DNA from: Saccostrea cucullata
Lineage: Eukaryota
Direction of reading: 5' to 3'
Length of the DNA stretch: 64,000 nt
Assembly (NCBI RefSeq): GCF_032062105.1
Contig: NW_026933071.1
Location: forward strand, 186,001-250,000
The translations under genes and the position numbers were made by a program. The notes under the pieces are model-generated. The model saw only the letters and a program-made list of their open reading frames with translations. It did not search any database and was not told where the DNA came from. This document shows, one piece after another, positions 13,330 to 27,033 of the stretch. Numbering within the stretch: position 1 is the stretch's first letter; every line of letters starts with the position of its first letter.

Positions 13330-16300
13330 ATGAAGTTGGTTGCAGCACTTGCTATTTTGTGTGGATGGACATACTCGGGTAAAGTTGTCAATATTGTCTC
13401 TAGCATATCTGGGGTTTGTATGTTGATTATTATCTGGTGAGGAAAACAGTTTAGTAATCTACAAAATAAGAAATGTGATCGGTTCATTCAAATCTCAAAG
13501 CAGCATACTTACCGTTATTTAAGGAGAGTAGGTAAAATAAATATGTACATGTAACTATATTCAAGCGTTGAATGTTTAAATTTGATACGTAATCATTTCT
13601 CCCGTCTCTTAGACGTGTACATGCACTTATATAAGCAAAGTAAATGTTGACTAAATACTAACTAGTGTCTTTTATTAATTTTCAATCTGAAGTTGAAAAT
13701 GATAACATGACAAAACGACACTTCAGAGTAATCATACAAAATCAAAAATAAAATATATATAAAAATTCTGAACATATACTTTAAGCATAAAAATCAATTT
13801 AACATTAATTCTTTTATAATAATTAATTTTACTTAAATGTTTGACATATCCGGTAAATATCAGTAATTACGAAATATTTAAAAATAATAATAATAAAATG
13901 TTTTAAATAATTAAAATTAATTACATATTTCAAAGATTAATAAGTATACTGAAAAACTGTAAGTTTTTCTCTATGACACTATAGTATCTGGATGTTCTGC
14001 AAAAATTAAGTTTGAGTATACATATAGAGAATAATACATACCCTTTTCCATATCACATCCTGTATCAGCCCGAGACACCAATATCAGCCAGAGAAGGCCC
14101 GAGGGCTGATATTGGTCGACTGATACAGGATGTGATGTGGAAAAGGGTATGTTTTATTATATTTATTACATACTTAGTAATAAAATACAGAACACATTAA
14201 GTTGAGAAGAAAATAAGTAAATAATCATGCATGGACTTCTTACAGAAATATACATGATCTATTGTCTCATACGATTGGGGTTTATTTCTACTTCTATTTC
14301 AATGCACTCGATCCGTAATTCAAAATAATCTATTACATGTATTTGTAAATTAAGATTAACCTTGTTTTCAAAAAGTTAAAATTAAGAGAACATGAACCCA
14401 CCAAAAATTTTGTACGATCACAAGTACTGTTTTTGTGGTTTCATTTACTAAGAGTGTGATATTGACGTTTTATCAGCCCTGCAGGGCTGATATGATTTGC
14501 GGGGCTGATATTAATAGTTATCAGCCCCGCAAATCCATATCAGCCCTGCAGGGCTGATACGGCTATTGTGACGTCAGCCATATCGCATATGCAAAAAACC
14601 TGTATTTATTACTAAGTGTGTAATAATGTACAATAAAAATCAAACATGTATATCATTCCTTGTATTTTATTTTTCTCGTCACTATTTTGTTAGTCCTCAA
14701 CTGTAGACAACATCAGAATCTTGCACGCAAATTACAGAAAACACTTCGTACACTTCTAGGAAATTTAAATTTTTTCAACATAAAACAAACAAGCAATATA
14801 TTTTTGTTTCAATCGTTGTTTTTCACAGTATCGGCGGACGGTAAGTGTGGACGGGGCTGGGTCCAATACAGAGATTCCTGCTATTTCATCAGTGAACGTC
14901 AGAAGTTCACCTGGTTCGATGCCTGGGTGAGTGTATACTACAGGTCATTTGTAATGACAAATTCCTTAGCTTAGTTCAATACATGTACGAAAGAACAAAA
15001 AAAAAATTATATTGAAAATAAGGAGTATAACTTATAAATTGTATCTCTTTCTGAAAGAATGCGTGCTGGATCCTACAAGGCTATCCCGTAGAGATTTCAT
15101 CAAAAAATGAGCAGAAGTTCCTCGGCGAGAAAATGGGCGATGGTAAAACTTCATAGCTCTATATATTTATCACCTTTTAAAATCTTAATTTCATGACTTC
15201 TATTATAGCTCCGAAGCCATGCATCTCTCCTTCCTGATGCTTATAGTTCTTTAGGACTCAAGTATTTTTTAAAAGGTTCCCAAAGATTTTGAGCTTAAAG
15301 CAGCTTCAAAAGCCGAAGCCGTACATGCATATTCATGACGCCAAGCCCTGTTTGGGACTCCTTAAGCTCTATAATTGCGTCAAAAACTCTCAAAGTTCGT
15401 ATGGCTTCCACGATTCTTTGTGACTACCTATAAACTCCTAATAGCTCTCACACCTCTTTGGGGCACAGTCGTCAAGCTAGAATTTGTTCTTAGGGCTACT
15501 GAATATTTTCCAAATTTTTTAATGCCTCCTAAAGCTTTAATGGTTCTAAAAGCTCTTTATAAATGCCAAAAGTCTTCATGGTTCCAAAAAGCTTTTTGTA
15601 CACCCTGCTTAAAAGCGGGAGGGTATATACATGTAGTAATCAGGATGACCGTCTGTACGTCTGTTACGCTTTGGGGTACCCATCTCTTATCAGCAACCCC
15701 TCTTACACAATTGAATGAAATTTGATGAGACTGTCAGAGAACCTTTTAGCAGGGGATGCTTACTCCTCCATGGCACCTGATCCCAAATGTGATGCTTTAA
15801 AGGTCCGTGTTGCTCTGTTCCTATTTTGTATTGTTTTACGGACTTTGATATTTAATACTGTTCGATATCTCCATATCCTTAATAATGTCATTGTGACCTC
15901 CTATTTTACTTATAAATCCGACACATATTTTGGGTTTCTCAAAAACTTGGACACTGCCATTATATTCATATGGGAGGCAGGGGTATCATTTAGTGAGCTC
16001 ATTGCTCACAGTACCTCTAGTTTTGGTCTGCGTTCAAGATCGAAGCGGCTAACCTAGCAGTTAGGTAGTAAATAACGGACAGCTAGCGTTGCTGCTAGGT
16101 GTTAACGTACATTTTGAGTAAAAAAATTATTTCTGGAAACAAGTTTATTCAAGCAAAAATATCTAAATAAAATCAATTTTTATTTAATTCACTAAGATAT
16201 AGAAATTAGCATCTTTCTTTTCTTTTCTCCTTTGCTGAGAAGTTGTACTAAAGGTATAATCTTTGAACTGATAAACAAGTATTTTGCTAATTTTCCACAA

Positions 16301-16880
16301 ACAGCGGCTAGACAAATTTTACGCTCAAGGTCGTAGCTTTACGTATTTATGAAGAAGAATTTGTCCAAAATTTTATTCTTGAAAAGAAGAAAACACTTGC
16401 TGTGACCTTCAACTCGACATTTAGATATTTCGACAACGTAATGTCATTTAACAATGGTTTTTTCCATTCTTTTATCGATACGATATATCCTGGTGACCTT
16501 GAGATAAAAAATACCAAAGAATCTGAAACATCTCTACCATATTTTGATATTTTACCTGAAAAATACGTTAATCATTGTTAATGGCAATCTAACAATCAAG
16601 CTCTGTGATAAACGTGATGATTTTAACTTTTCTATTGTCAACTTCCCTTACTTATGCAGCAATATACATGTACCTTCATCACCTGCATACGGAGTTTATG
16701 TCTCACTTAATTTGATACACAAGAGCATGCTCTACGTATGTACACTTTCTAAAACTAGGTAGGAGAATAAAAGCAGTCTCGCTTAAGGTCATCATTTCCT
16801 AAGTTCTATGGTCGATACAATGACTTTGTCAGCGAATACAATTCATCATTGAGTCAAATGCTGACTGACCTTTTTCATAT

Positions 16881-16914
<34 letters not shown>

Positions 16915-19900
16915 CTACTGATTCTGTTGGTAAAGATTATTAAGGTCTTCCGTTTCAACGGAAGACCTTCTTATTATTCTATTGTTTCTTTTCAACTTTT
17001 CTTATTATTATTCTTACCGATTTTGTGCAGGCGATTTCTCGTAAATGCGTCGATGGATTTTCATGAAACTTTCAGCATTGATGACAAATTAAATGAACTT
17101 AAGGCGTTTTTTTTTAATTTGATGACGTCACGTCCGGTTCGGAGTTTTCTGCAATTTTGTGAGTTTTAGAGGGTCATTTTGTCCGGCAGTTTTCTCAATA
17201 ATGGCTCAAGATAGAAACATGAAAATTTCAGGTATGATAGACCAAAGTCTATAGATATGTATAAGGTATTTCATTTTTATCGGAAGTGCCGCACGTCGGC
17301 GCTCGCTATGGTCCGAAAATAGTCGTATCGCGAATTTCAAATTTTTTAACATTTTTTTAAGGTCAAGATCTAGTAAATAACTTCAGATTGATTTTTTGGT
17401 GCTAGATCCATTATGACGTCATAATCATTTTCAACTTTCTTTTTCCCGTACTTTACGGTTTTAGCAGAATTATGTACAAAATTGGGTATTTTCATGTCAT
17501 TCAATTTGAAATCATATGAAAAGTAAACCGGATACCTATATTAAATTTGATATCGATTTAAAGAAGAGGCCATGAACATACTAATTACCGTTTTCTGAGA
17601 GACTGTAGGCAATCTGGATACATTTTCTTTGCCGAATACGAAAAAAACTCCGATATTCATGACTGGTTTTCTTAATTTTTCATTGAAAATGACAGTTTAA
17701 AGTACAGTTTTTCATCTTGTTTACCTACAAATTATGCCCCGAAACACCTTATTTAACCAAGCTAAAGTTGTAAGGAATCAATAAAGGAATTTATTTCTCA
17801 AGTTTGATAAATCTGTAGGCACCTTTCATTTACTAGATCTTGACCTTAACGATATCTTTTTACCTGGAAATATTTTGTTAAAATATATAGAACAAAAGAA
17901 GTGTAAAATTCCAAGATCTTTCAAATGATATCTTTTAAAAAGGGCTGGCCCCTAAAATTAAGGGCCTAGAGGGGCCGAAAGTTTTTTCTTTATATCTCAA
18001 AATGTATTGAGAATTATTTGTAATACGTCAAAGAAGCAAAGTTGTTCAAAATGTAAAGCTTATTCTATTAAAGTCATCAAAATGCGTCCGGCATCGTCAC
18101 TTCCGTCCAAACCGGAAGTAGTCGGAAAACGCGTATTTTTGCCGTTTTTAGCTCTACTGGTCAGAGACCAGAAGTGCTTATGCGATAGTAATGCGTCCGG
18201 CGTCCGTCCGTCTGTCTGTCTGTCATCCGTCTGTCTGTAAACAATTTTTCAAAACGCTACTCCTCCTACAATTTCAGTCTGATTTCAATATTACTTGGCA
18301 CACAAGTAGACTACACTAAGATACATAGAATAGTGCATCGGTTTTTGATTTCGATGAACGGTGTTGCCATGGTTACTAAAAATAGAATTTTATGTGAAAT
18401 TCGTTTAAAACGCTACTCCTTCTACAGTTTTGGTCTGATTTCAATATAACTTGGCACACAAGTAGACTACACTAAGAAACATAGAATAGTGCATCGGTTT
18501 TTAATTTCGATGAACGATGTTGCCATGGTTACTAAAAATAGAATTTTCTGTGAAATTCCTTTAAAACGCTACTCCTTCTACAGTTTTGGTCTGATTTCAA
18601 AATAAGTTGGCACACAAGTAGACTACACTAAGATACATAGAATAGTGCATCGGTTTTTAATTTCGATGAACGATGTTGCCATGGTTACTAAAAATAGAAT
18701 TTTCTTTGAAATTCTTTAAAAACGCTACCCCTTCTACAGTTTTGGTCTGATTTCAATATAACTTGGCACACAAGTAGACTACACTAAGATACATAGAATA
18801 GTGCATCGGTTTCTGATTTTGATTAACGGTATTACCATGGTTACTAAAAATAGAATTTTCTGTGAAATTCCTTAAAAACGCTACTCCTTCTACAGTTTTG
18901 GTCTGATTTCAATATAACTTGGCACACAAGTAGACTACACTAAGATACATAGAATAGTGCATCAGTTTCTGATTTCGATTAACGGTATTACCATGGTTAC
19001 TAAAAATAGAATTTTCTGTGAAATTCATTAAAAACGCTACTCCTTCTACAGTTCTAGTTTGATTTCAAAATAAGTTGGCACACAAGTAGACTACACAAAG
19101 ATACATAAAATAGTGCAATGGTTTTTGATAAGTACAAACCAGTAGAGCTACAGTCTCAACAGAGACTTCTGGTTAACAAAGTTTTGGGTAACATATGTCT
19201 CTGGGAGCATAAAAATTTATTTTCTGTCCATCGTCGTCACTTCCCGTTAAACCGGAAGTAGCAAAAAATTGCTTATTTTCGTATTAATTAACATAGCTTT
19301 AGAGGATTCAAACCATTTTTAGGCGTTATTTCTCATTTTTGTTAAAAGTGAAAGCTACTTCCGGTCAAACATGACGGAAGACCTACTCGTTGCTTTGCAA
19401 CGAGCTTTGCTCTAGTTATTCTTTTTTTTCTTCTGCTTCCTAGACCGCAACTTCGAGGCCTCATATCTCGCTCATTTCTCAAAGGATTTCACTCAAATTT
19501 TCAGACGTTATAGACGTTAATAAACTCTATCAGAATGATGTCAAAATTTCAAAAAGCCACTTCCGGTTTTGAGTTATTTTCCTTTAAAGTAAAATTTATA
19601 GGCTTTCGTTTCCAGACAAAGGCTCAGAGACGGCTAAAGCTGAAGCAGAAATTCTACTGATTTTAGATAAAAGAAGGATTGGAGTTGTGCACATTGGTTT
19701 TTGTTTTTCGATTTCTCTGTTCAAAATGGCGCTATATAGGGGTCAAAAATTAGAACGCTTAAAAGAACCAAAAATTACTCATATTTTTCTTTTTATCTTC
19801 TAAACTAAAAATATTTTGTTAAAATATATAGAACATAACTTGTGCAGAATTAGAAGATCTTTCAAATGATATGTCGAAAAAAGGGCTGACCCCTAAATTA

Positions 19901-22576
19901 AGGGACCTAGAGGGGCCAAAGGTTTTATCCAGATATCTCAAAAAGTATTGAGAATTTGTTATGCATCAAAGAAGCAAAGTTGTTCAAAATATCAAGCTTT
20001 ATCTAATGGGGTAGTCAAAATAAGTCCGGCGACGTCACTTCCGGTCGAACCGGAAGTAGTAAGAAAATGCATATTTTTGCCGTTTTTGACAGGTTTTTGG
20101 GTAACATGTCTCACTAAAAGCTTAAATATTAATTTTCTGTCCGTCGTCGTCACTTCCGGTCATTACACTTTTTTTTTTAATAAAAGTTACTTCCGGTCAA
20201 ACAGGACGGAAGACCTACTCTTTGCTTTGCAACGAGCTCGGCTCTAGTTATAAGTCCATTATTATACGCATCGAATTGACGACGGATTTTCCCGTTATTT
20301 CCAGGTCATGACAAGGAGCACAGGGTGTGACCGGTCGGCTGGGGATGCTCACTCCATGGCATCTGATCCCACTGATGTTTTGGAGATACATGTTTTGCCC
20401 TGCTCCTATTTTGTACTGTTTTGTGGACTTTTGGACTTGAATACTATACAATTATTACTGTTTTTAGGTCAATACAATGATTTAGCCATCTGAGGAGTAC
20501 AATATTCACCGAGCCCGAAGGGCGAGGTGAATATTGTACTTCGAAGATGGCTAAATCATTGTTTGACCAAAAAACAGCAATAATTGTTTTATTATATGAT
20601 CCACTGATAAAATTATACAGCTCATTACTTGTTTGCATTTAATTAAGTCCTAGCCAAATACAAGAGAGAAGTCGAATTAAAATGTAAATATTGTACTAGT
20701 GAACCTTACCAGTCGTATCATTTTGAAATGTTTTTTTTTATCGATTTTAGTATCCATGAAAAAAATATATAATGTCAGTCTTTTTTATAGGAAAGATTTT
20801 GAAAGGAAGGAGTATTATTAGGGAAAACTGACTGCCAAAATTAAAAATTGTTGTTCAGTAAAAGTGTTTGAGTTAGGGGGTTCCTGCATCCCCTCTTACC
20901 ACCCTCACCCGAAAATATATATTCCCTTATGTTTTGTTCACATAACAAGGTCATAGTCGTTTAAATAGCCTTCCAAAACAATTTGTATCAATTTGGAATT
21001 CCCCGAACTATTTTAGATCAATGTAGAGGAAATAAATCCTTGTATTGACCTGGAACGTCACGTGCAGGTCAATACAACGTAGTATTTTTCTAATATAGTT
21101 GGATCTCAGCCAATCAGAGAGATGGAAATTATTTTATCATATAATAATGTTCGTTATTTCCACATTACGTATTTCATACAGGTACGTGTATAAACATAGC
21201 CGTAACGCTATTGAACGCATCCCTACTTTCTACAACCCCTTTATATCTCCAGCATTTCTTCGCTCATGTTTTCAAAGCACTGGCTCTTATATTATACATG
21301 TAGTTTCTTTAAGACTCCCATAGTTGCTCATATTTAAAAGTTCCTTATGGCTCCAAAAGAATCCATGGCTCCTAAAACTCCTTCTGGCTTTTTATAACTT
21401 CTTTTAGGATCCCGATCTCAAAATAGGCTTCCAAAGCCTTTACAGTTGTTATATCTCCCCTATCATTATGGATCCTAACTTTTCTTAGAGTTCTTTAGCT
21501 CCTTTATGCCCATCAGAGCCCTTTCTGATACTCATTAAGCTCCTTTTTTGATCAGAGAGCTCGTAATAATTCCCAATGAAATTGAACAGTCCCGAAATTA
21601 TTTGTAGCTCTCAGTTTTTATACCTCCCAAAGCTTCTTCTAGTTCCCAAAGATTGTTATATTCGCTATATATATAATTATGACCTCATTCGCACCTTTAT
21701 GGCTTGTAAAGAGTTTTAAGGCTGCTTGTCTCTTTATTTCTTTCTCAAGATTTTTATGATCATTGGTATAGCTCCCTTATAATAAAATTACAGCTTCCAA
21801 AGTTAGCGATTTATGACCACCAATATTCCGACAAAGTTCTTTATGGCTCTTGACTTCATACTGTATTGCTGAAATTTATAAATCAAGAAGACAAACAGGG
21901 CATGATCGTGCATGGAAATCATTTTTTTAATTTAGGAGCTTACCACACGGGAGGGAATGAGGTACTCGGCAGACTTATTTGGCACACAGGGTTACGGCGT
22001 TTCGGGTACAAGTCACTCGACTGGAGAGGCAGTGATAAAAAGAAATTCCGTAACCGGAAGTGTGTAGCGGCCATGCGCATCCGCGGGAAAATGAGGCTTA
22101 TCAAGAAAAGATGCCATTCTTTAGAGAAAATCATTTGTGAAAGGTATTAATAAATCTACAAAAAACACAGTGGCGAATCCAGGAATCTCGAAGGGCGGGG
22201 GCATTGAGGTCGAAATAGGGAGTTTTCATATCTTTTTCACGGGGGAAATGCATGTGTGCGAAACTTCTTTTACTACTATTTACATCTTAATATTAGTGTA
22301 GGACATTCTTCACTCATCAGAAAAGGGTACCAGTATTTATTAATATACAACCGATCGGACCATGTTCTTTTATATAAAGTAAAATTAGATCTTGGATTTT
22401 TCTTTCAGAGATTTTACATAATCTTCTTTTATTTAAGTATATCTGTGAAAAAAAGGTTCATTGTCACATTTGGTGTTTAAAGATTTCATATACGGAGAAT
22501 TTGCTCTAAACTTAATAATATTATGATTATTTTCTATTTCAGACCAGTCAATCTGTTTAAATGGTATTCCCCGTGA
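13330..22576 (+). CDS. Secreted single-domain C-type lectin-like protein (perlucin-like fold), 157 aa, 5 exons
   Basis: Exons 13330-13378, 14829-14926, 15058-15142, 21936-22143, 22543-22576 (474 nt). Signal peptide MKLVAALAILCGWTYSVSA; CGRGWVQYRDSCYF...TWFDAWNAC...C..C..ICE gives six long-form CTLD cysteines. TATA-like sequence near 13254; AATAAA near 22611. Confidence 0.85.
14030..14626 (+). mobile_element. Terminal-hairpin non-autonomous element, family 1 (Crypton-like architecture)
   Basis: ~60-bp-arm hairpin at 14030-14158, then an inner IR ttattacatacttagtaataaaatacag / ctgtatttattactaagtgtgtaataa; internal atcagccctgcagggctgat palindromes. Confidence 0.6.
15592..16022 (+). mobile_element. 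Helentron-type element interrupted by a Penelope-like 3' tail fragment (~15745-15880)
   Basis: tttttgtacaccctgc...gcgggagggtat start; gcaggggtatc...gtgagctcattgctcac...ctagtt end; internal ggggatgcttactcctcc...cacctgatccca motif. Confidence 0.55.
16942..19417 (+). mobile_element. Inner Helentron-type element of the same family, nested in the outer copy
   Basis: Second aaggtcttccgtttcaacggaagacc start and a matching end at ~19375-19417; segment ~17870-18145 duplicates ~19810-20090. Confidence 0.7.
18146..19173 (+). mobile_element. Helentron-type element carrying ~5.6 copies of a 156-bp tandem repeat
   Basis: agctctactgg / ccagtagagct subterminal IR; (GTCC/GTCT)n; cgctac recurs at 18255, 18411, 18567, 18723, 18879 and 19035. 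Confidence 0.85.
20448..21147 (+). mobile_element. Terminal-hairpin non-autonomous element, family 2, copy A
   Basis: ~68-bp-arm hairpin with GCCC-GAA-GGGC tip (20513-20523); inner IR ttattatatgat / atcatataataa. Inserted within the PLE 3' UTR; second copy at 24058. Confidence 0.75.
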
Positions 22577-23920
22577 TTCACAAAGAGTGTTACTGTATAA
22601 TTATCGGGCAAATAAAGTTTTCATTAGTTAGTTTTGGTACGTGTTTCTTTCCATGTGTTTGATCTGGTATGTCTCTTATTAGGGAATAATTAATATAACT
22701 GTGAGAAAAGTCTCAAAAATACATAAAAGTTTCACAAAAAATATATAGTGAAAATAATTTCCGTGCAAATGAAAAAAGATTTACAGGAAACTGTAAACTG
22801 AACTAAAATCAAAATAAAAATGATAATGACACTATATTGCTTAATATATAATTTATTATTTATTAAATGTAGCAAGGTTTTGAAAAAGAAATAAAATGCA
22901 TTTCAAAAAAAAAGATTTGTGAACAAATTCAATACACAAATTGGTTACCTTGGTTTAAGAATTTATCCATAGCGATCTCTATTATATCTTCTGACACAAG
23001 GAGAAAAATAAATATGACATCCAACGATTTAAAAATATATATAGGAAAAAAAATCATTCTCAGTGTGATAATCATGTTTTAGTTTTTGGCCGACAGGCTT
23101 CATATTAATTTTACCAATCAAAGCATGTTATGGCACTTTAAAAATCCTGAACAAATCATTGATTTAATGACTCAAGTAACATCCAACTTCAAATGAAAAC
23201 CAAATTATTTCTCTGTGGATTAATCTAGGTTTATCTAAAAAGTTTGACGACATGAAAGAACATATATGGGGAAAAGGTATTTTTAAAAAAAAAAACTGTT
23301 ACTGTAAAGAAGACAAACTGTATTTTTGATGTTTTTCTTCACTGATATTATATTTTGGTGGGTGTATCAGTATTTATTTTATATTTTCTTTATTTGTTAT
23401 AAACTTCATTAGTAAGTTCATTAATTATATAAAAATGCTGCCTGGGTATTCATGTCATGAAAATCAGATAACTTAATCAAAAAAAATCTATTCTCAAATT
23501 GATCTAACTAATGTATGATCTTTTAAATATTTTAACTTTTGTAGCTTTTAAATGCAATACTCTTCTAACCAATTTACATACTCTGAATATATGAACAAAT
23601 GAATTCAATTCAGAGTTTGATAAAAATACCCTTAAATAGGTTCAACTGCTTCAGAAGAAAGCATGAACATTGAGTGAAAAGATTTATAAGCATTAAATAA
23701 AGCTAGTTAATAAAAATGACTACACATTTCATATTAATTATAAGTCCATTAACATAATGTACATTTCAACATAAAATGACACCATTTTACAAATCTGACC
23801 AGCAGACATTTGATAAAAAAAAAAATAAAAAGTTAAAACTCACTTATTAAAATTAAGGTTTCCTTCTTGATGGTGTCACCGTCATTCTTATCAACTCAAT
23901 AAACTTTGCCATCAAACGGA

Positions 23921-24827
23921 ACTGCTGTATACTGGGAAATTTTCGCCAACCCCCCCCCCCCCCCCCCCCCACCCCCCCACCCCTTTAAATTTTGCCCCTT
24001 TAGCCCTCGTCAAAAGTGGGCGATTTTAAAACGGGGCAAATTCAAAGTAAATATTATACAATTATTGCTGGCTTTTGAGGTCAATACAATGATTTAGACA
24101 TCTGAGGAGTACAATATACACCGAGCCCAAAGGGCAAGGTGAATATTGTACTTCGAAGATGGCTAAATCATTGTATTGACCAAAAAAACAGCAATAAGTT
24201 TTATTATATGATCACTGATAAAATGATACAGCTCATTACTTGTTTGCATTTTATTAAGTCTTAGCCAAATACAAGAGAGTAGCAGAATTAAAATGTTAAT
24301 AAACCTTACCAGTCGTATTAATTTGAAATAATTTTAATAAATCAATTTTAGTTGCCATGAAAGAAATATATAATGTCAGTCTTTTTTATAGGCAACAAGT
24401 TTTCAGGGAAAACTGACTGCCAAAAAAAAAATTGTTGTTCACATGCATCCCCTCTTATACCCTACCTAAAATATATATTCGCTTATGTTTTGTTCACATG
24501 AAAATAAAAATCATAGTCATTTAAATAGCTTTTTAAAACAATTTGTATCAATTTGGAATTTCCGAAACTACCTGGTATTTTTAGATCAATGTAGAGGAAA
24601 TAAATCCTTGTATTGACCTGGAACGTCACGTGCAGGTCAATACAACGTAATATTTTTCTAACATAGTTGGATATCAGCCAATCAGAGAGATGGAAATTAT
24701 TCAATCATAAAATAAAGTATAATATCTTTAACAATAATCTTTCTGAGCGAATTTAAAATGGGGCAAACTTGTTTCCAAATGTGAAAGGGTGAAAATAACA
24801 CAGGGTGAAAATAACCCTGTACACAGT
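23921..24827. mobile_element. TA-flanked MITE interrupted by family 2 hairpin element
   Basis: ctgtatactgggaaattttcgcc / gggtgaaaataaccctgtacacagta termini. Confidence 0.55.
24058..24715 (+). mobile_element. Terminal-hairpin non-autonomous element, family 2, copy B
   Basis: Co-linear and highly similar to 20448-21147, with a small internal deletion. Confidence 0.75.
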
Positions 24828-27033
24828 ATCTATACATGTAACCAAATATAACAGTTTGATTGGAGCTGGTGGTATTTTGCAAGTATTTTATACTTCATGC
24901 TACATAACTGCTGGACATAAGATTCATTGTATTTTAATAGTTACTTTTTAAGTTTGCACTTGACAGTTTTAATACATTTGTTAAGTTATTCTAACAATGT
25001 TTTTTAAACATTGAGTTTCTAGTTCTATGTAACTTAATGCATCTTATATACATGTATTATAATTTGTTAGCAATATGTTTTGGTAAGGCCTAATCAAAAA
25101 TTTTAATACAATGAAACTAAATGTCTATGCAGTGTCATAGAATTCTTGAAAATAATGAAGTGGCACAATTAAAAATAACATGCATGTACTGTTTTGTGGT
25201 CTTCACAACAAAAGACATCATTTTGATTATATATAATGAGCAGTGAACTATAAATAAAATACCAATATTATATTCAACAGATTAATCCAGGCTCTTCATT
25301 AATCTGGTTATAAATTGCAAAAGGAGATGAGAACTTTTAAACTTAGTCAGTCATCTTTCAAACAAAGTACACATACATCAAAATTGTTCAAGTATTGCTC
25401 TATAAAATAAATTATAAAAAAAAAAACACCTTCCTTGCACTATATAATAACATGTTGGTAAAAAACTGCCTGTTGTACTTTTTAATTTTGCATTACATCA
25501 GTTATTCATTGCAGTTCAGTCATTAACAAATACTTGTATAGTGCACATATTAATTAAATATCTTTTTATTATGTTTACAAAGAGGCTGATGATCATTCAA
25601 AAAATATCCTAAAGGAAGACTATATGTAAAAAAAAATTGTATAAAAATAACAAAAATATAAAAGTATATACACTGCACACACGCATATGGGGTTTCATAT
25701 TTTTAAAGCTTTAGGTTTTAAGCTGCTTAAAGAGTTGGAATGTTATGATGTCAGCAAATATAAATGAATAAACAGATGATCTATATCAAAAATTTTTTTA
25801 GAGAGAATATTATAACTCAATAAAGTAAAAAAGTTCAGAGATGGAGAATTTTTCTAAAATACGTTAAAGGTAATTTCAATATTTTAACCAAGTTTTGATA
25901 CCACCACACAACAACTTTAAGAATTATTTTTATAAAAGAATGGATATTAAACAGACAAACAAACAAGTAAGGATAACTGACAGAATCAAAAATAATGAAA
26001 CTAGTTTAGTTTTAATAAACTGTTTTTTTTTTATTATATATCAAAGAGCACTATTACTAGAATACCAACACCATTTCCTATTAAATACTGTAATACTGTA
26101 TCGCACAAATGTTTACCAATAACAAATCACAAAGTATTCCTTCTTTATCTAGAAAAGTTTCACTATATTCACAATTATTCCTGAAAAAGTAATCTTAAGG
26201 TATATTATCCTTTTGATGAGAAGAATAACTCAAGCATTTTTTTTTTTTGGTAAAATCATATCTGATTTTTGAAAAGTGCATAGTGCCCTGAAACTGCTTT
26301 TATTTAAATCATATGCTTTGTTGGAAAATTTAAATGTTATTGGCTCGTAAGTGTGTGATGCTGAACAAACTGTATACAGGGGAAAAAATTCCTCTCTTTA
26401 ATTTTTCTTCATTTGTTGTAATTTTGCAAATAATATAAAAAGGGATGAATTAATAAAACAGCATTTTTTTTTTAAACATTACTATAGACAAATCTAAAAT
26501 GATCGGGCTTATTTGTTTGCAATTTGTTTGGATGTGCAAGAGGGAAGAAAGAAGTGAGGGAGGTGGGGTGAAAATGTCCCTGTAAAGTTTGTACATTAAG
26601 TTGTATATGGAAATGGAACGTATATAATGTTGAGCATAATTTTCAAAAAAAAAAAAAAAAAAATTGGAAAAAAAATACAATATTCAGATTTTGAAAATTC
26701 AGCATTGATGTTCCAATTGTCTAATGGAAAAAAAATTCCCACCTAAAAACAGGCCGAATTTTTTCATTTAAAAACAAACAAACAAACATCATGTTAAAAA
26801 AGTTTTTTTTTTAAATATATATATATATATAAAATGCAGCTTTTTTTTAACAGAAAAATGAAAAGCAATTTGAAAATATTAATATACAATAATTATATTC
26901 CATACATTAAATGTATAGGATTGAAAATATTTAATTTATTTAAGTTTCACCATCTTATTTAATATATACTTCATAATGATTGCATATGCAATAAATTTTA
27001 CAAACAAAACAAAATTTTCTCTCTATTGCTTAT

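Larger units (their letters stand above)
16886..20249 (+). mobile_element. Outer Helentron-type element (aggtcttccg family)
   Basis: 5' aaggtcttccgtttccaacggaagacctt hairpin; 3' gacggaagacctactc...ttgcaacgagc...ctagtt. Its body (19420-20249) is homologous to the inner copy. Confidence 0.7.
16335..21170 (+). mobile_element. Decayed Penelope-like retroelement (Naiad-type RT C-terminus plus 3' UTR), split by later insertions
   Basis: 16335-16885 encodes frameshifted RT: TFRYFDNV (YxDD remnant), IYPGDLEIK, KLCDKRDDFNFSIVNFPYLCSNI..SSPAYGVYVS, KFYGRYNDFV. Sequence resumes at 20250-20447 (3' UTR motif) and 21148-21170. Confidence 0.8.

Noticed and set aside
18250-19130. CRISPR-like regular array (also 44280-46300)
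   Set aside because: Whole units repeat with no unique spacers, there are no cas genes, and the context is a eukaryotic satellite inside Helentrons.
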